Origin: Peribolospora baueri
Lineage: Eukaryota
Assembly: GCA_029717555.1 (NCBI GenBank)
Contig: JAMDHS010000014.1
Span: 248,001-312,000, forward strand
Length of the DNA stretch: 64,000 nucleotides
Reading direction: 5' to 3'
Both the position numbers and the translations under genes were made by a program. Below the pieces are notes generated by a model. It was not told where the DNA came from, searched no databases, and saw nothing but the letters and a program-made list of their open reading frames with translations. This document shows positions 26,501 through 39,995 of the stretch, piece by piece (within the stretch, counting starts at the first letter, position 1; every line of letters starts with the position of its first letter).

Positions 26501-27476
26501 AAGTGGCTGCCAGGATGGTGGAGTTTTTATTAGAGATACCCTCGTCTCGTCTCGCATCGCACTTTGCATCTCGCCGTCCGTACCTCCTTTAGATTCTCTT
26601 TTTGCTACCAGCGCCATAATGTCATAGATTGGTAGGACAGGAAAGAGAAAGGATACGGAGATGGATGACTCATGACGTCCGCTCCGGCGTTGACGGATGA
26701 GAGCTCCGTGGAATGAGGCAGGGTCGGCACGCCAGTGTGGACGCGTGAATGGATCTGCGCTCGTCTTGCCCGTGAACGACTACGGTTAAGGACCAACTTT
26801 AGGCGGCGCCTACTATCAGCACGGTGGACTATCGTCCCCGCCATCTGAGTTGGTGAGCTCGCGGCCACGACCCCTCAGGGAAGACGATGTGTAGACTGAG
26901 CGCGACTTCCCATAAAGTGATTTCGGTGCCTTCCACAGCTGTGCTCTCCTTCTTCCCTACCTCGTACGCGCATCGAGAGCTCCTCGCAACGGCTTCGACG
27001 CCCAGACCCGCGATATCGATTGGACGGCCCACCCGCCAAAGCGTCCGCGGGGATCGGTTGGGGGTGCAACCGAGCAGGGACGGCCGAAGATGTATGTCTT
27101 TGTCCCATCACGCGCTATGTACATGTACTATAGCTTGTAGTTCAGCAGGTCCTGCTTTTACATTTCTGGATCTCTCTCTCACCTGTCCTCATAAGCGACT
27201 TGCCCAACAGACCTGGATATGGGCGCCTCGTAGATGTGCTGTCTTTGGCTGGGCGTGGAAGCCAGGACTCGGGACTAGATGCTTGTTAACCCTACTTTAC
27301 CGATCGCCATTTACGCGACGCGTCGAGGCATTCCTCGTCCTCCCTTCCCCATCGTCGGCCTCTCTTCTATCCATCCTTCATCGCCAGTCCCGAGCGGCTC
27401 ATTGTTGCCATCCCGGACGCCCTCGGCTTTCTCCACCACTCCTAGTTTGGCGACCTGGAGAACACATATTGACAGG

Positions 27477-29919
27477 ATGACGACTCAATTCGATAACATC
27501 TATCATGGCTCTAACCCCTCCGTCGGCAAGCTTCGCATGTCGGCCGGAGGTCTGGGGTGGAAGACATCGGACACGGATGGTATCGTAACAGTCAGCAAGG
27601 ACGATATGAAGAGCGCTCAGTGGCTCAGGTGAGTTGTTTTGGCGGTGGTGCTTTTCAGTCTGCTCCTCCCGTTCGGATAGGGACGGCATCCTGCTCCTTT
27701 CTCGCCGCCTCGCGCGCCTTCTCGACTTGGTTTCCACACGGTGAGGAGGGGAGAAGGTCAAATCTGACGTACTCGTACACTCCATCTCCAGGGTCGCACG
27801 TGGGTTTCAACTCCGACTGGACTTGACTGGCGAAAGAGCACGGGAAGGACGCTTCAGAGAGAGCTTTGAAGGTTTCGAGCGTGAGGATTTTGACAAGGTG
27901 GCAAAACTTGTCAAGGACTATTACGACCTTCATCTCGAGCAGAGAGAGATGAGCTTGAAAGGATGGAACTGGGGGAAGGCCAATATTGACGGTGTGTGAA
28001 CCCAAATGCCCGCTTTGGCCCTGTTCCTTGACTGACTTTCTTTCCTCGTTCGCGCTTGTCCGGACCTCTCGCAGCCCACGACGTCACCTTCCAAGTCTCC
28101 TCTCGACCCTCCTTCTCCCTTCCTCTCGGCCACATTGCCAATTCGAACATTGCTGGCGGAAAAGAAGTGTCCCTCGAATTCCTCAACCCGGATCAGCAAG
28201 CACCGGACGCGAACACAGGCGTGGCCACTAACGGCTCCTCCAGCAAGCGGAGGGCGAACAAGGGTGACCAGCTCGTCGAGATGCGCTTCTTTATTCCAGG
28301 CATGGTTGAAGGCAGCGACGCAGGTAGCGGGGACGAAAATGAGCCAAGCTCCAAGGCTCAGGCTTTCCATGACATGATCAAGAGCAAGGCCGACATTGGA
28401 GCCGTGACGGGAGACTGTATCCTTGTCTTCAGCGAGGTGCTGGTCCTGACGCCCAGGTGAGATGAACAGGGCACTTCTTGGCACAGCAGTTGTAGATCCC
28501 TCTGCTCACGTTGTGACTTGCTTGCAGAGGACGATACGACATCGACATCTACCCGAACTTCCTGCGCCTGCGCGGAAAGACCTACGACTACAAGGTCCTG
28601 CACACCTCCATCAACCGCCTCTTCCTGCTTCCGAAGCCTGACGATATTCACGTACAGTTTGTGGTGAGTGACGATCGCCAATTGCCCCTTCGCCACGTTT
28701 CGCGGCTCTGGATCGGCGCTTATATCGCTGACTCGCTGCACACCTTTTCTCTAGATTGGATTGGACCCGCCCATCCGTCAAGGCCAAACTCGTTACCCCT
28801 ACTTGGTGCTGCAGTTCGTACGAGAAGAGGAGATGGACGCCGAGCTGAATCTGGACGAGTGAGTCTCGTGCTCCGGTCCGGGCGGGTAGAGGTCCAGGGT
28901 ATCTGGGTGAACTCAGCGAGCGTGCTTTTTCGCATGCGTATAGGGAGACAATCCAGACGAAGTATGAGGGCAAGCTGAAGAAGCGATACGAGGAGCCGAC
29001 GTTCAAGATCGTCAGCAACGTTTTCAGAGTGCTCACAGGAAGGAAGTTGATCACTCCGGCTGCGTTCGAGAGGTGGGTGCCGATGGCCCGTCCAACACGG
29101 TCACCCGTTCGACTGGCTCATTCGACTTTGTTCTCCATCCGGCTTGCGCAGCACCACCCGCCAGTCTTGCGTCAAGTGCAACGTCAAGGCGAACGAGGGT
29201 CTGCTGTACCCATTGGAAAAGGGCTTGATCTGGGTGGCAAAGCAGCCAGTCTATGTGCCTTATTCTGACGTTAGCGAGGTCGTCTTCAGCAGGTGGGTGT
29301 GGCAATGTTTCTCCCACCTTGCAGAGACGCCCACTCTAAACGAGAATTTCTCACCGTCTTCCTCTTCCGCTCGGCAGGGTCGGTGGAGCAGCCGGAGGAG
29401 CGGTATCGGCGTCGCGAACATTTGAACTTGCCGTCTCTACAAAGATTGGTGCGGACCACGTGTTCGGGGCGATACCGAAGGAGGAACACAAGACGCTGCA
29501 GAACTATCTCCGGAGTGTTGGGGTGAGGACGAAGAACGAGCTACAGGAGGGGGCGGAGGGTCTTGCGGCTGCGATGATGAGCGATGAGAGCGACGAGGAA
29601 GGCGGTGGTGGCGTGGCTCTGGACGATGACGACGAGGAATCAGGTGAGCGATGGGGGCCATGGCAATGTTTCCACTTTCTAGCGCAGTTTGCTAATCTCA
29701 TCATCTATCCCACGATTTTGGCGTTCTTTTTCAGACGACGAGGACTTTAGAGACTCGGGCTCTGACGACGGTGGGTCGGCTACGTCGGACTCGGAGGCGA
29801 GCGACGCAGAGATGGCGGAGGCGGGCGCGAGCGGGGAGGATAGTGAAGTGGAGATGGTTGATGCGCCGAAGAAGAAGAAGAATAATTCGGAGAGGCCGAA
29901 GAAGCGAGCGAGGACGTGA
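27477..29919 (+). CDS. POB3: FACT complex subunit Pob3/SSRP1
   Basis: [87 protein letters not shown]; acidic tail with basic NLS-like end. Confidence 0.96.
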
Positions 29920-31563
29920 CTGGCGGTGCCAGATGGAGAGGAGCGTAGCCGTGTGGGAGATCGCTATCGTGTACATGTAGGCCGCCACAGTCCGATGTAA
30001 CGTACCATGGCCCAGGCATCGAATTTGCGGTGTCGAAGGCCGCCTGGGCATGACATGGCCTTGAGGCCGAGCCCGAGAGAGGTTGGTGAATTGGAGCCCT
30101 TCTTCGGTCTTCGCGTCCTCCCAGACGCAACAATGTTAGTCACCTCACTGTCTTTTATTGGACTATGGTATGCTAGACTGACTGACTGGCTAGCCGGCCA
30201 TCGTTGTTGTAACGATCCTCAAGTCGTCCCGCCCCGTCTTTCCATTCGTCCTAAGACGGCATTCGTCTCTTTTCTCGACGGCGAGATGGAGCGAGGAGGT
30301 GCTTGGGACTGACTGATTGCCTACGGACTCGGATACAAGATGAGTCGGCCAACGCGTAGGTCGAGCGTTACTTTTTTCTCATGTAGTTAAGGGTGTCTAT
30401 CTATCTATCTGTCTGCCTCGGCTCGTAGGGCCGACTACGGAGTCGGGCTGGCAGAACTGAACAGACTCTGAATGGCCCCCTTTCCTGGCTGTCTCTTTCC
30501 CGCGTCGGCGTCGTCGTCCCCTTGGCGATGACTCCGTGGAAGAAGGAAAGGAGACGACGAGGGCCGGCTGTCGGTGTTTCGAGTCGGCCGGCACGCATGC
30601 GTAAGGACAAACTAAGCAAAGAAGGAAGGGAAGGCCGACCGGGCGGCGGCACCACGGGGGGGCCAAAGGAGCGGGTGGGCCGGCGACGGCGATGGCGAAG
30701 GTGATGGCGAAATGAGCTAGGCCGGGACGAGGGTGCAGTTCTACGTGTGGCCTCGGTCGCTCGCTCGCCGTTTGCGATGCCGTCGCTCGCCCGGTCGCCC
30801 GTGATTCTGTGAAAAGGAGAAGGAAAGGAACGGATGGTTTGGCGCGTCGGGCGTCGGATGCGCCTCTCCGCTGGTAGCTGGTCCACGATTTCCTTCTCTC
30901 GCAGCCAGCCCAGCGGGACCGATTTTGTCCACTTAGACAAGTCCTTTTCTCTTTCTTCTCTTCATTTTCCTTCCTCCGCGTCCAACCTAACGTAGCCTAG
31001 CCGGCTAGGAACGGAGCTTCCAAAGTCGGCTAGCGAGATCGAGATGGGAGATGGGAGATGGGAGATGCATGGCTGGCTGCCCGTCTAGGCCTTTCTTAGC
31101 GAAAGAGTCCAGAGCGGGCGAGAGAGATTTGGAAACGCTGAACGCCGGTTGGCGTCATCCCCGTCCCCTCCGCTGTTTCCCCATCGGTGTCGCCCGTTTG
31201 CCGGCCGGGTGGTATTGGTTAGAGTTATCAATTTGTCAGCGTCTGTCTGTCTGTCTATCCAAAGATCGATCTATCTATCCATCTATCCGTCTATCCTTCC
31301 GTCTATCTATCCATTCATCCATCCATCCATCGGTGTCTCCGAGAACTGGGGAGGAGTAATGAGCGCCATATGTAGTGCGCTGCAGTGTCCTGCAGTGTCC
31401 TCTGCCGCTCGCCAGCCAGCCACTGTCTGTGCTAACCCTGCTCGAGTGACGTCCGGTCGGGCGGCAGTGCGGTGCTGGGTGGGTGGGCAGGTGTAGCGCC
31501 GGATCGGAGGGAGGCGGTGGGCTGTGGGATGGCGAGGAAGGATGCTAGGGTCCTTGGTGCAGC

Positions 31564-31596
31564 ATGTAATGTAATGTAATGTAATGTAATGTAATG
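31564..31596. repeat. (ATGTA)6+ pentanucleotide microsatellite within a simple-repeat-rich intergenic region
   Basis: ATGTAATGTAATGTA... seen directly; nearby TCTA/TCCA, GAGATGG, GCGACAA and GGCAG repeats. Confidence 0.9.
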
Positions 31597-33266
31597 CAAT
31601 GTAGTGTACTGCAGTGTACTGTAGTATACACTATACAATACCATCCTATACTATCCGCAACCCGTACCACACGCGCTATCGCTTCCTTACGTACGCGAAG
31701 CCATCGTCGGTCGGTCGGGCGGTGGACTGTCCGACGACTTGCCTCCGTCCCGTCGCCGCGCCGGTCGTTGCTTGGCTTGGTTAGGAGAAGAAAGAAGAGG
31801 AGTTGCTTGTCGTGCGTGCGCTCGGTCGGGGAACTGCGCTAGCCACTCCCGTCCCCTTTCCGTCGTCTCTCCGTTCGCCGGCTCGCTCGACAAGCGACAA
31901 GCGACAAGCGACGAGCGACGAGGACGGAGGAAGGAGGAGGGCCGACGCAGGCAGCGGCGCATGCACGTCTTGCCCAGCCCACCGACAGCATAGCAGAGCA
32001 TGGGATAGGACATGCCCCCCGACTACGAAGGGATAAGGGGAGTCGACTGACTGACTGACAATACTAGTCGGCGCTTTGCTTGCTCCAACGCACCATCTCC
32101 TTTTTCTTCCTTCACCCTCTTCTCTTCTCGTCGTCGTCCATCAATCCCACCACGACCACCACGACCCTCTCCTCCCGCCTTCTCTGCCCACCCACCGTTC
32201 CCCTTTCCTCCTTTTCTAACACCTACTCCCTCTTCCGACGACGGCCGCCCATTAACCCGCCCCAAGGGTCCGCTGCACGCGTCGTGGTGGAGGTGGGGTG
32301 AAACGCCAATAAGCAGCAAGCAAGCAGCTCGACGACGGCGACGGTCTGAACTGGTGAGTCGCGTGCGTGGCATGCCAGACAGCCAGGACGCGCAGGCAGG
32401 CGGGCGAGCGGGCGAGCGGGCGCGTAGGCGGGCAGGCGGGCAGGTAGGCAGGCAGGGCAGGCAGGGCAGGCAGGCAATGAACGTCGAGGGAGGGAGGGAA
32501 CGGACGGACGGGACGGGTGGAGGCGCTCCTTGGAGAGGCCCCGGCCGGTGGGTGTGGGATGGGTGTCGGTCGTCTGGCCGGTGCCTGTATTTTCTTTCTT
32601 TCTTTCTTTGCTTTGCTTTTCTTTGTTTTGTCTTGTCCTCCTTTCTTTCTCTGCAGGCCGTTCGTGCTTGTTCTTGGCTCGCCTCGTCCGGCCAGCTGTG
32701 TGACGGACGACGGCCTCCGTGTTCGGCTCCCCTTGCGGCGCGTGCCCTGGCACGATGGCCTCTCTCTGATCGGATCGGCTCGACACTTCGCTCTCCGTCG
32801 CCGTCGTTGCTGTCGTCGTCGTCGCCCTAACTAACCCTTCTCTTTCCTTCGCACTCGCCATAACCTCCAACTGGGCGTGGGCTATGCAGGTGAGTGAGTG
32901 CTCGCTGTCTGTTGTCTGTCAGGGGCGCTCCTGTCCTGTCCATGCATACATCCTCATCCTCATCTTCATATCCCCATCCTCATCCTCACCCCTCGTTCTC
33001 CCGTTCCTGCCTCCCGCTAACCCTCTTTCCCATCGTATCCTCCTCGTCCAACCCCTTAACCTCCCTCCGTGCGACCCAACCGACCAACGCAACGCAACGA
33101 AACGCCGCCTCGCCCACCCTCGCCCATATTCATTCCCGCCCTCCTTCTAATCCCCCATGGGGTCACCTCGTCGCCCACCACCTTAACCCTCCCTTCTTTT
33201 CTGTCCACTCTCTCCCCCCGACCATCGTCATCGTCCACAGACATCTCCACAGACATCTCCACAGAC

Positions 33267-36200
33267 ATGACCTCCGCCCTCTCCCCACCCTTCTCTTCTC
33301 CTCCCAATCCGCCCAACGCTTCGCAGGCGATGCGCAATCACGGCCCCACCACCTCCATCCCCTCCGCCAGCCGTTTACCGCGCAAGGCCAGCTCTCAGAG
33401 CGTCAAGGCGGCCACCGTCGGCGCCCGACGAGGCTCACAGATCGCCAGGCCTCTCCATTCCTCTTCCTCTTCCTCCTCTCTTTCTGCCTCCCTCTACGAC
33501 CGACCGGCGCTGAGGCCGACGCATTCCGTCTCCGAGCCCTCCATCGCCGCCTCCCTCGTCCTCCTCCCTTCCCCACCTGAAGAGCATGTCACCGCTCTCC
33601 ACGACTTTGCTTCCACCAACGCCACCTGCCTCTCCTTTCGCGCCGGTCAGCTTATCAAGGTCTTCAACCGCGATCGTAGCGGCTGGTGGGATGGAGAGCT
33701 GGACGGCAAGAGGGGCTGGTTCCCGAGCAATTACGTCGATCAGGCCAGTCTGCCGCCCGACGCCGGTCACCGCCGTCGCTCCGACGCTGACGACAGTCCT
33801 GACCGCGACGCCGGCGCAGAGGAGAGCACCCCGACGCGACCCACCTCCCCCGGCGAGCTCAGGCGGATGCGGTCCGCGCCTCGCATCCTATCCTCGCCCA
33901 CCATCTCGTCGCCGACCAGCAGACGCTCCCGCGGCGAGAGCCTCGCTTCCACCAGCAGTCTCCCCTACACCGCCACGCCCACGTCAAGTCATCGCGGCTC
34001 TTTGCCCCGCTTTTCCGGCCCCTCCACCATCATGGATCCCATCCTCCACGCCCTCGCCCTCCTCCAGAACGCCGTCCGCGCCAATCGAGTCGCCCATTTC
34101 CAGCCGTCCACCGCCTGCGTCATCTCTTCCGTCCGATGCGTCCTCTCCGCCACCGACTGCCTCACCCGCGAGAGCTCTGTTCTCAAGACCCACGTCGTCC
34201 TCGCCAAGCAGAGGAAACAGATTCTGAGTGAGCTCAGCAGGCTCGTCACCCAAGCACGCAAGGCGAGCGCCCCCACGACCGACGAGGGCGCCAGGCAAAA
34301 GGAGATGAAAGTCATGCTCCAGATGGCCGACCGTGTCCTCAGCAACGTCAATCGCTTCCTCGAAGTCGCCGTCGAATGCGGTGTCGAGCTGCCGAACCGA
34401 AGGAGCGTCGTGTACGACGATGAGTCCGCCGACGATGGTGGATATGGCAACGACGACGACGATGACGACGACGACGGCCTCCGCGAGGCACAGGATAAAA
34501 CTCCCACTCCCGACTCCCCCGTCGCCAGCGCCTCCTTCTCGCGCAGCAGCTCGATTCAATCGATCGCCCGAGGTGCCAAGAGCATGTCCGACCTCCGTCG
34601 CGGCCACCGACGCGGCGCCGATGATCCCTCCTCCGCCGGCTCCGGACAGCTCTCCCCCGTCCCTTCTGGCGGTCGAAGCGGTCACAGCTCCTCCAAGCTC
34701 GGTCACGACGTCTTAGCCGAAGGTTGGCAGCTTGGAGGCCCGCTCTTGCCCTCTCTCTCCAGTGCCGGCTCCAGGCTTTTTGGGTTCGTTTCCGGCTCCG
34801 GCTCTTCTAGCGACTCTCTCCCCGACGAACCGCTCACTCCCGCCGGCCCCGGCACCAAGACGGCGGCCGAGGTCGTGAAGGGCATCGCCGTCACCCACGA
34901 CCAGCTGCTCTCCATCATCGCCGCCTTCATCGGCCATCTCCACACCCACAACCGCTCCAGCCACGCCAGCAGTTATGCCCATCTCATCGACATGACCCGG
35001 GCGACGGTGGACAAGGTCAGAGACCTCCTCGTCATCGTCGAAGCCGTCGGCAATCACCCTACCCTGCAGGCCTCGAGGGCCAAGGAGATCGCCGTTCTCA
35101 GCTCGACTCGGGAGAGCCTTTACGTGGCCACGACGGCCATGGTCACTGCGGCCCGAGTCGTCACCTCCACACCCGCGGCGACGAGCGCGGGAGAGGACGA
35201 GGAAAAATCGCGTCTGCTCTCTGCCGCCACCGCCGTTCTTCGTGCCGGCGGCGAATGCCTGGGCGCGGTCAAGCTGTGCATCGACCGCCGGGACGTGGAC
35301 CCGTCGATCGAGATCGCCTTGGTGGACCCTTCACGAGACTCGGACGCCTCTCGAGAGTCGGTTCACCAGCCCGCCATCGCGGACGCGGATGAAGAGGAGG
35401 AGGAGGTGGAGGAGAAGGAGGACGACGACCTCGGCGAGGGTCAGCATCTTGCCGCGGAAGGGCCTCGCGCCCGCCGTGGAAAACATACGCTTTCGTTCCT
35501 CGGTCGCAAGGCCACCAGTCTGAGCTGCTTGAAAGAGAGGTACGAGGTGGACGGTTATTCCAACCAATTCGACGACATCGAAGAGGACAAGGAGTCCAGC
35601 GGCGAGGGAGAGATCGCACCGAGGCCGACGGGCAAGGATGAAGAGGAGGACCAAACGGCACGCGTCGTCGACCAGTCGCCCAGTAGCACATCCACCGTCT
35701 CCACTCGCCGTGGCCTCAAAGGTCCCACGCCACTTCAGCAGTCTCTCCTCACCAACCGTGGAAGGTCGTCTAGCCTGTCTATGGCGTTCCGATCCGCGGG
35801 GGAGGCCGAAGGCGCAAACGTAATGGTCCGGCGTCCGTTGGCCTCGATGGAAGAAGAGTCTTCCACGGATTCGCTGGCCAGCAGCGAGGACATGTCCCGC
35901 ATCGCCTCATCTCAGACCTTTGGCTCTGTCGCCTCCTCGGACGATCACACCGAGCTGTCGTCAGCGCACTCGTCCGTCGAGCTCAAGTCCAAGCATTTGC
36001 CCCTCCAATCCTCCGCCGACGTCCTCGTCCCGCAGACGGCCCCGTTGAACGGAGGCTTCCCACAGGATCCCACTACCTGGCTGACACATAACAACCCGAG
36101 GATCCACCGTGGCCAGCCGCTCCCACTTCCGACATCTCGGACCGAGACTCTGCGAAAGGAGGCCGGCGGCGTCAGCCGGCCGAGGTCGACGTCCAACCCG

Positions 36201-37867
36201 GTTAGCAACATGGTGTCCATGATGGCCATGGAGAGGTCGTTGCCTCCCACGCCCACCAAATCCGCCTCTCCCGGGGCGTCCAAAGATGATCTCCTGCAGC
36301 TGGCCGACCATGCCGCCTCGGACGTTTGTTTCAACTCGGAAGGCCAAGTGACCGGCGCGACTCTGGCCGTGCTGGTGGAACGGATGACGCCCCACGACAC
36401 GACCATCGACGCCACTTTTTTCAACACCTTCTTCCTCACCTTCCGCCTTTTCACCACGCCCCGCGACCTCCTCGACGCTCTCATTGCGCGCTTCGACTTG
36501 CAGCCCGAGGCAGGTCGCCCGCTCTCCCCCGACGAGCTCCAGGTGTGGCAAGACGCCAAGCTCACTCCGATCCGGCTGCGCATCTTCAATTTCCTCAAGA
36601 CCTGGCTGGAGAGCCACTGGCAGCCATCCACCGACGTCGTCGTACTCGAGCCTCTGGCCGCTTTTTGCAGGGAACACGTCATGTCCGCTTTGCCTCGCGC
36701 CGGACAACGTCTGATCGACCTTGCTCAGAAGCGACTCATCTCGAGCCAGCAGCAGGGCGCCAAGGCGCCTCGCTTGCTCCAACGCGCCATGTCCGCCGAG
36801 CGGCTCAAGTCGGGCGTGCCTGTGGGTGCCGACAACCCTCAACCGCTCTACCCGACCAGCGCCGCCGCCCTCGGCAGGGCCGGACCGCTTCCGCCGACGC
36901 CAGCCATTTCCAAGAGTTTGCTTTCCAGCCTTCGGTCGCTCCCGCACACGTCCATCAACATCTTGGACTTTGATCCTTTGGAGCTTGCACGACAGCTGAC
37001 TATCATGGAGAGCAAGCTCTACTGTGCCATCCAACCCTGGGAATTGGTCGGCCAAGAGTTCAGCAAAAAGGCGGGCGTGAGCACGTCGGTGAACGTCAAG
37101 GGCATGAGCTCGCTCACCACCTACATCACCGGCTGGGTGTCAGAGTGCATTCTCAATGAGAGCGACGCCAAGAAGCGAACGGGACTGATCAAGTTCTTTA
37201 TCAAGTTGGGGGACGTGAGTATCGCTTGGCTTGACCCCCCTTCTTGATCTCGCAGTTTCCGTCCTGATTGCTCCCCTCAACCTTTTTTTTTCTCTCGCAG
37301 CGCTGCATGGCTTTGAACAATTTCAACACTCTGACGGCCATCAAGTGTGCTCTTACGTCCTCCACCATCGCTCGACTCAAGAAGACCTGGGATGGACTGC
37401 CGGCCAAGTATCGGGGCATGATGGACGCGCAGCACTCTGCCATCGAGCTGACGCGCAACTATGCCAGCTATCGCGCTCGCCTGCGCAGCATCCTTCCTCC
37501 CGCGCTGCCGTTCGTAGGCCTGTTTCTGACGGACATCACCTTCTGCCACGAAGGCAACGCCGACTTCCGGCCTTCGCCTCTGAACCCGGAAAAGAAACTG
37601 CTCAACTTTGACAAGTACCAAAAGATCGCTCGCATCGTCGGCGACCTACAAAAGTTCCAAGTGCCGTACAACCTCCTGGAAGTGCCCGAGATCCAGCTCT
37701 ATCTCAGGCAGTCCCTCGATGCCGTGCAGCATAACGGCGACTCTGTCGGTGACCTGTACCGCCGCTCGCTGCTCCTAGAGCCGCGGCAGCCGTCCGGCAC
37801 CGCCCAAGGCACGTCTCACATACCCACTCGCTCGGAGACCAAGATGGGCTCGCTGTGGAAGATTTGA
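33267..37867 (+). CDS. CDC25: SH3-domain Ras guanine-nucleotide exchange factor (Cdc25/Sql2-like), 2 coding exons
   Basis: SH3 (ALHDF...LSFRAGQLI...SGWWDGELDGKRGWFPSNYV), REM (GATLAVLVERMT...FFLTFRLFTTP), RasGEF (DFDPLELARQLT, LNNFN, PALPFVGLFLTDITF, LLNFDKY, SLLLEPR). First in-frame ATG is at 33267. Confidence 0.9.
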
Positions 37868-38456
37868 ACGCGCCTCCTACGTTTCGATTCCTCTTTCCAC
37901 GCCATTTACGCCCCGTTACCATTTCCTGCCCCTCCTTCTTTACCTCTTCCATGTCGTTGCGATCCGCTCATGCTTCATTTCAGGGACTTCTTTCGTATCA
38001 TAGTGTATGAACAACCGCGTCGATAAAAACAGTGGGACGGGACCCCCCGTTTGACGTCTTTCTCTCTCGCTGCTCCGTTCGCTTCCACTGGATCCCTCTT
38101 TATCGTCATGGGCTCTTTCACGCCGAGTGGGGAAGCAGTGGTCGGATCTCACATGTCAGAGTTAGAAACTTTGTATTCTGACTGGGTCCGTCTCTGGAGC
38201 AAAGAAAAGAACGCCGAAAGCCGAGGTCCTCATCAAGGAAGGAAGAAAAGAAAACGGTCATGGGTAACCCTAGTCTCGACACGGGCACGTGCTGACAGCT
38301 CCGGCTGGTCCGAAGGCTTCCGGCTTCGCGCGCTGGCCGCCGCCGCTGCCGCTCCTTCTCTTCCACCCCCCCTAACCCCCACATACGCCGACCACATCCT
38401 CTCTTGCTGTAGTTCACGCCTCGCCGTCGCTCCTTCCCCATTCTTCCATACTCACC

Positions 38457-39995
38457 ATGTCTCAGCCCGTGCCCCCCAGCTGTGAGTCTCGTTTGCCAGG
38501 CCTTGCCTTCATGATCGTCCCTTACGGGGGTGATCGGGAAGCTCGCGTGCCAGCGGATGACCGGGTGACTGACTGACCGACTGTGGTGCCTGCCTGCCCA
38601 TTTTTTCGTCTTCTTTCCAACCGGGACGTGATATATTTTGGCGTTGATGCCCCCTCTTAGGGAAGGACCTTGGCAAGGTGAGCGAGCGCGTTGACCCGTC
38701 TCTTTGCGCCCCTTCGCCTGTCGTTCGTCCGCCTGACTTGTTGCTCTTTGCCGCGCGTCTCTCTCTCCACCTCCACCCCGCAGGCCTCCAACGACCTCCT
38801 GAACAAGGACTACCCCATCCACGGCACGTCTCTCGAGGTCAAGACGCTCACGCCCAACAATGTTGCTTTCAAGGTGCTCGGCGTGCGCGACAACAAGACC
38901 AACGCGATCAAGGGCGACCTTGAGGCCAAGTGGACCGACAAGAAGGGCATCACCATCACCCAGGGCTGGACTACTTCCAACGTCCTCCTCTCCAAGGTTG
39001 AGCTCGACAACCAGGTGGCCAAGGGCCTCAAGCTTGAGCTCGACACCAGCCTGATTCCCGACAAGGCCGACAAGCGCGCCATCGTCGGCGCCCACTACAA
39101 GCAGCCCGGTCTCCACGCCCGGTCTTTCCTGGACTTGTTCAAGGTGAGCGTCGGGCGCATGGTGCTCGGGTTCCTCAACGGGCCGTCGTTGCTTACTTAC
39201 CGCTTCGCCGATGAAATCGTCGCTCCAATTAACCTCATGGTCTGCCTTCAGGGCCCCACCTTCACCGCCGATGCTGTCCTCGGTCGTGACGGCTTCCTCG
39301 TCGGCGCCGAGGCTTCGTACGACGTGCGCGACGGCAAGGTTAGCCGTTACAATGCGGCCGTCGGCTTCCACGCTCCCGAGTACGCCGTCACCCTCCACGG
39401 CCTCGGCAACCTGAGCACTTACGCTGCCAGCTACTACCACCGCGTCAGCGCCGACGTCGAGGTGAGTTTCCGGCGGTTCTTTTTACGTGTCGTCACAAGT
39501 AAAAGGTTCTAACTCGTCTGAATTCGCATCTCAGGCTGGCGCCAAGGCCGTGTACGACACCAAGGCCCCCACGCCTGCCGTCGCCCTCGAGGTCGGCACC
39601 AAGACGTGAGTGGTCGGGTATTCCATCGCTCCAATTACGTTTGATAATGGGTTGCCCTTACTGATCAGATGTAAACTTGCCTTTGCCGGTCGCTCCTCCA
39701 GCTACCTTGACAACTCCGCGTTCGTCAAGGCCAAGATCAACAACGCCGGCGTTCTCGCTCTCGGCTACACTCAGGCCCTCCGGTGAGTCATTACCCCGTT
39801 TTGTTCGGCGTCGGCCTGCAGATGCGTGTCCTCTGACCTTTCCGATCTCCACGGCCCTTTTTATTTCATCATCCGTGACTCAGCCCCGGCGTCAAGGCTT
39901 CCTTCGGTCTCGCCCTTGACACCCTCAAGCTCTCTGACGCTGCTGCCAGCGCCAACGCTCACAAGGCTGGCCTCAGCGTCACCTTTGAGGGTTAA
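38457..39995 (+). CDS. POR1: Mitochondrial porin (VDAC), multi-exon
   Basis: MSQPVPPSWKDLGKASNDLLNKDYPIHGTSLEVKTLTPNNVAFKV...ASYYHRV...FVKAKINNAG..LGYTQALRPGVK...HKAGLSVTFEG*. Confidence 0.95.

Noticed and set aside
29917..30000. Stop-codon readthrough giving a cryptic PTS1 (checked POB3 and other TGA stops)
   Set aside because: No TGA-CTA context, and the extensions do not end in an SKL-like tripeptide.
33984..37055. Several 200-360 aa ORFs overlapping the Ras-GEF
   Set aside because: Alternate-frame or antisense artefacts of GC-rich coding sequence.
38118..39440. 440-aa minus-strand ORF
   Set aside because: Antisense shadow of the strongly codon-biased VDAC gene; no independent motifs.
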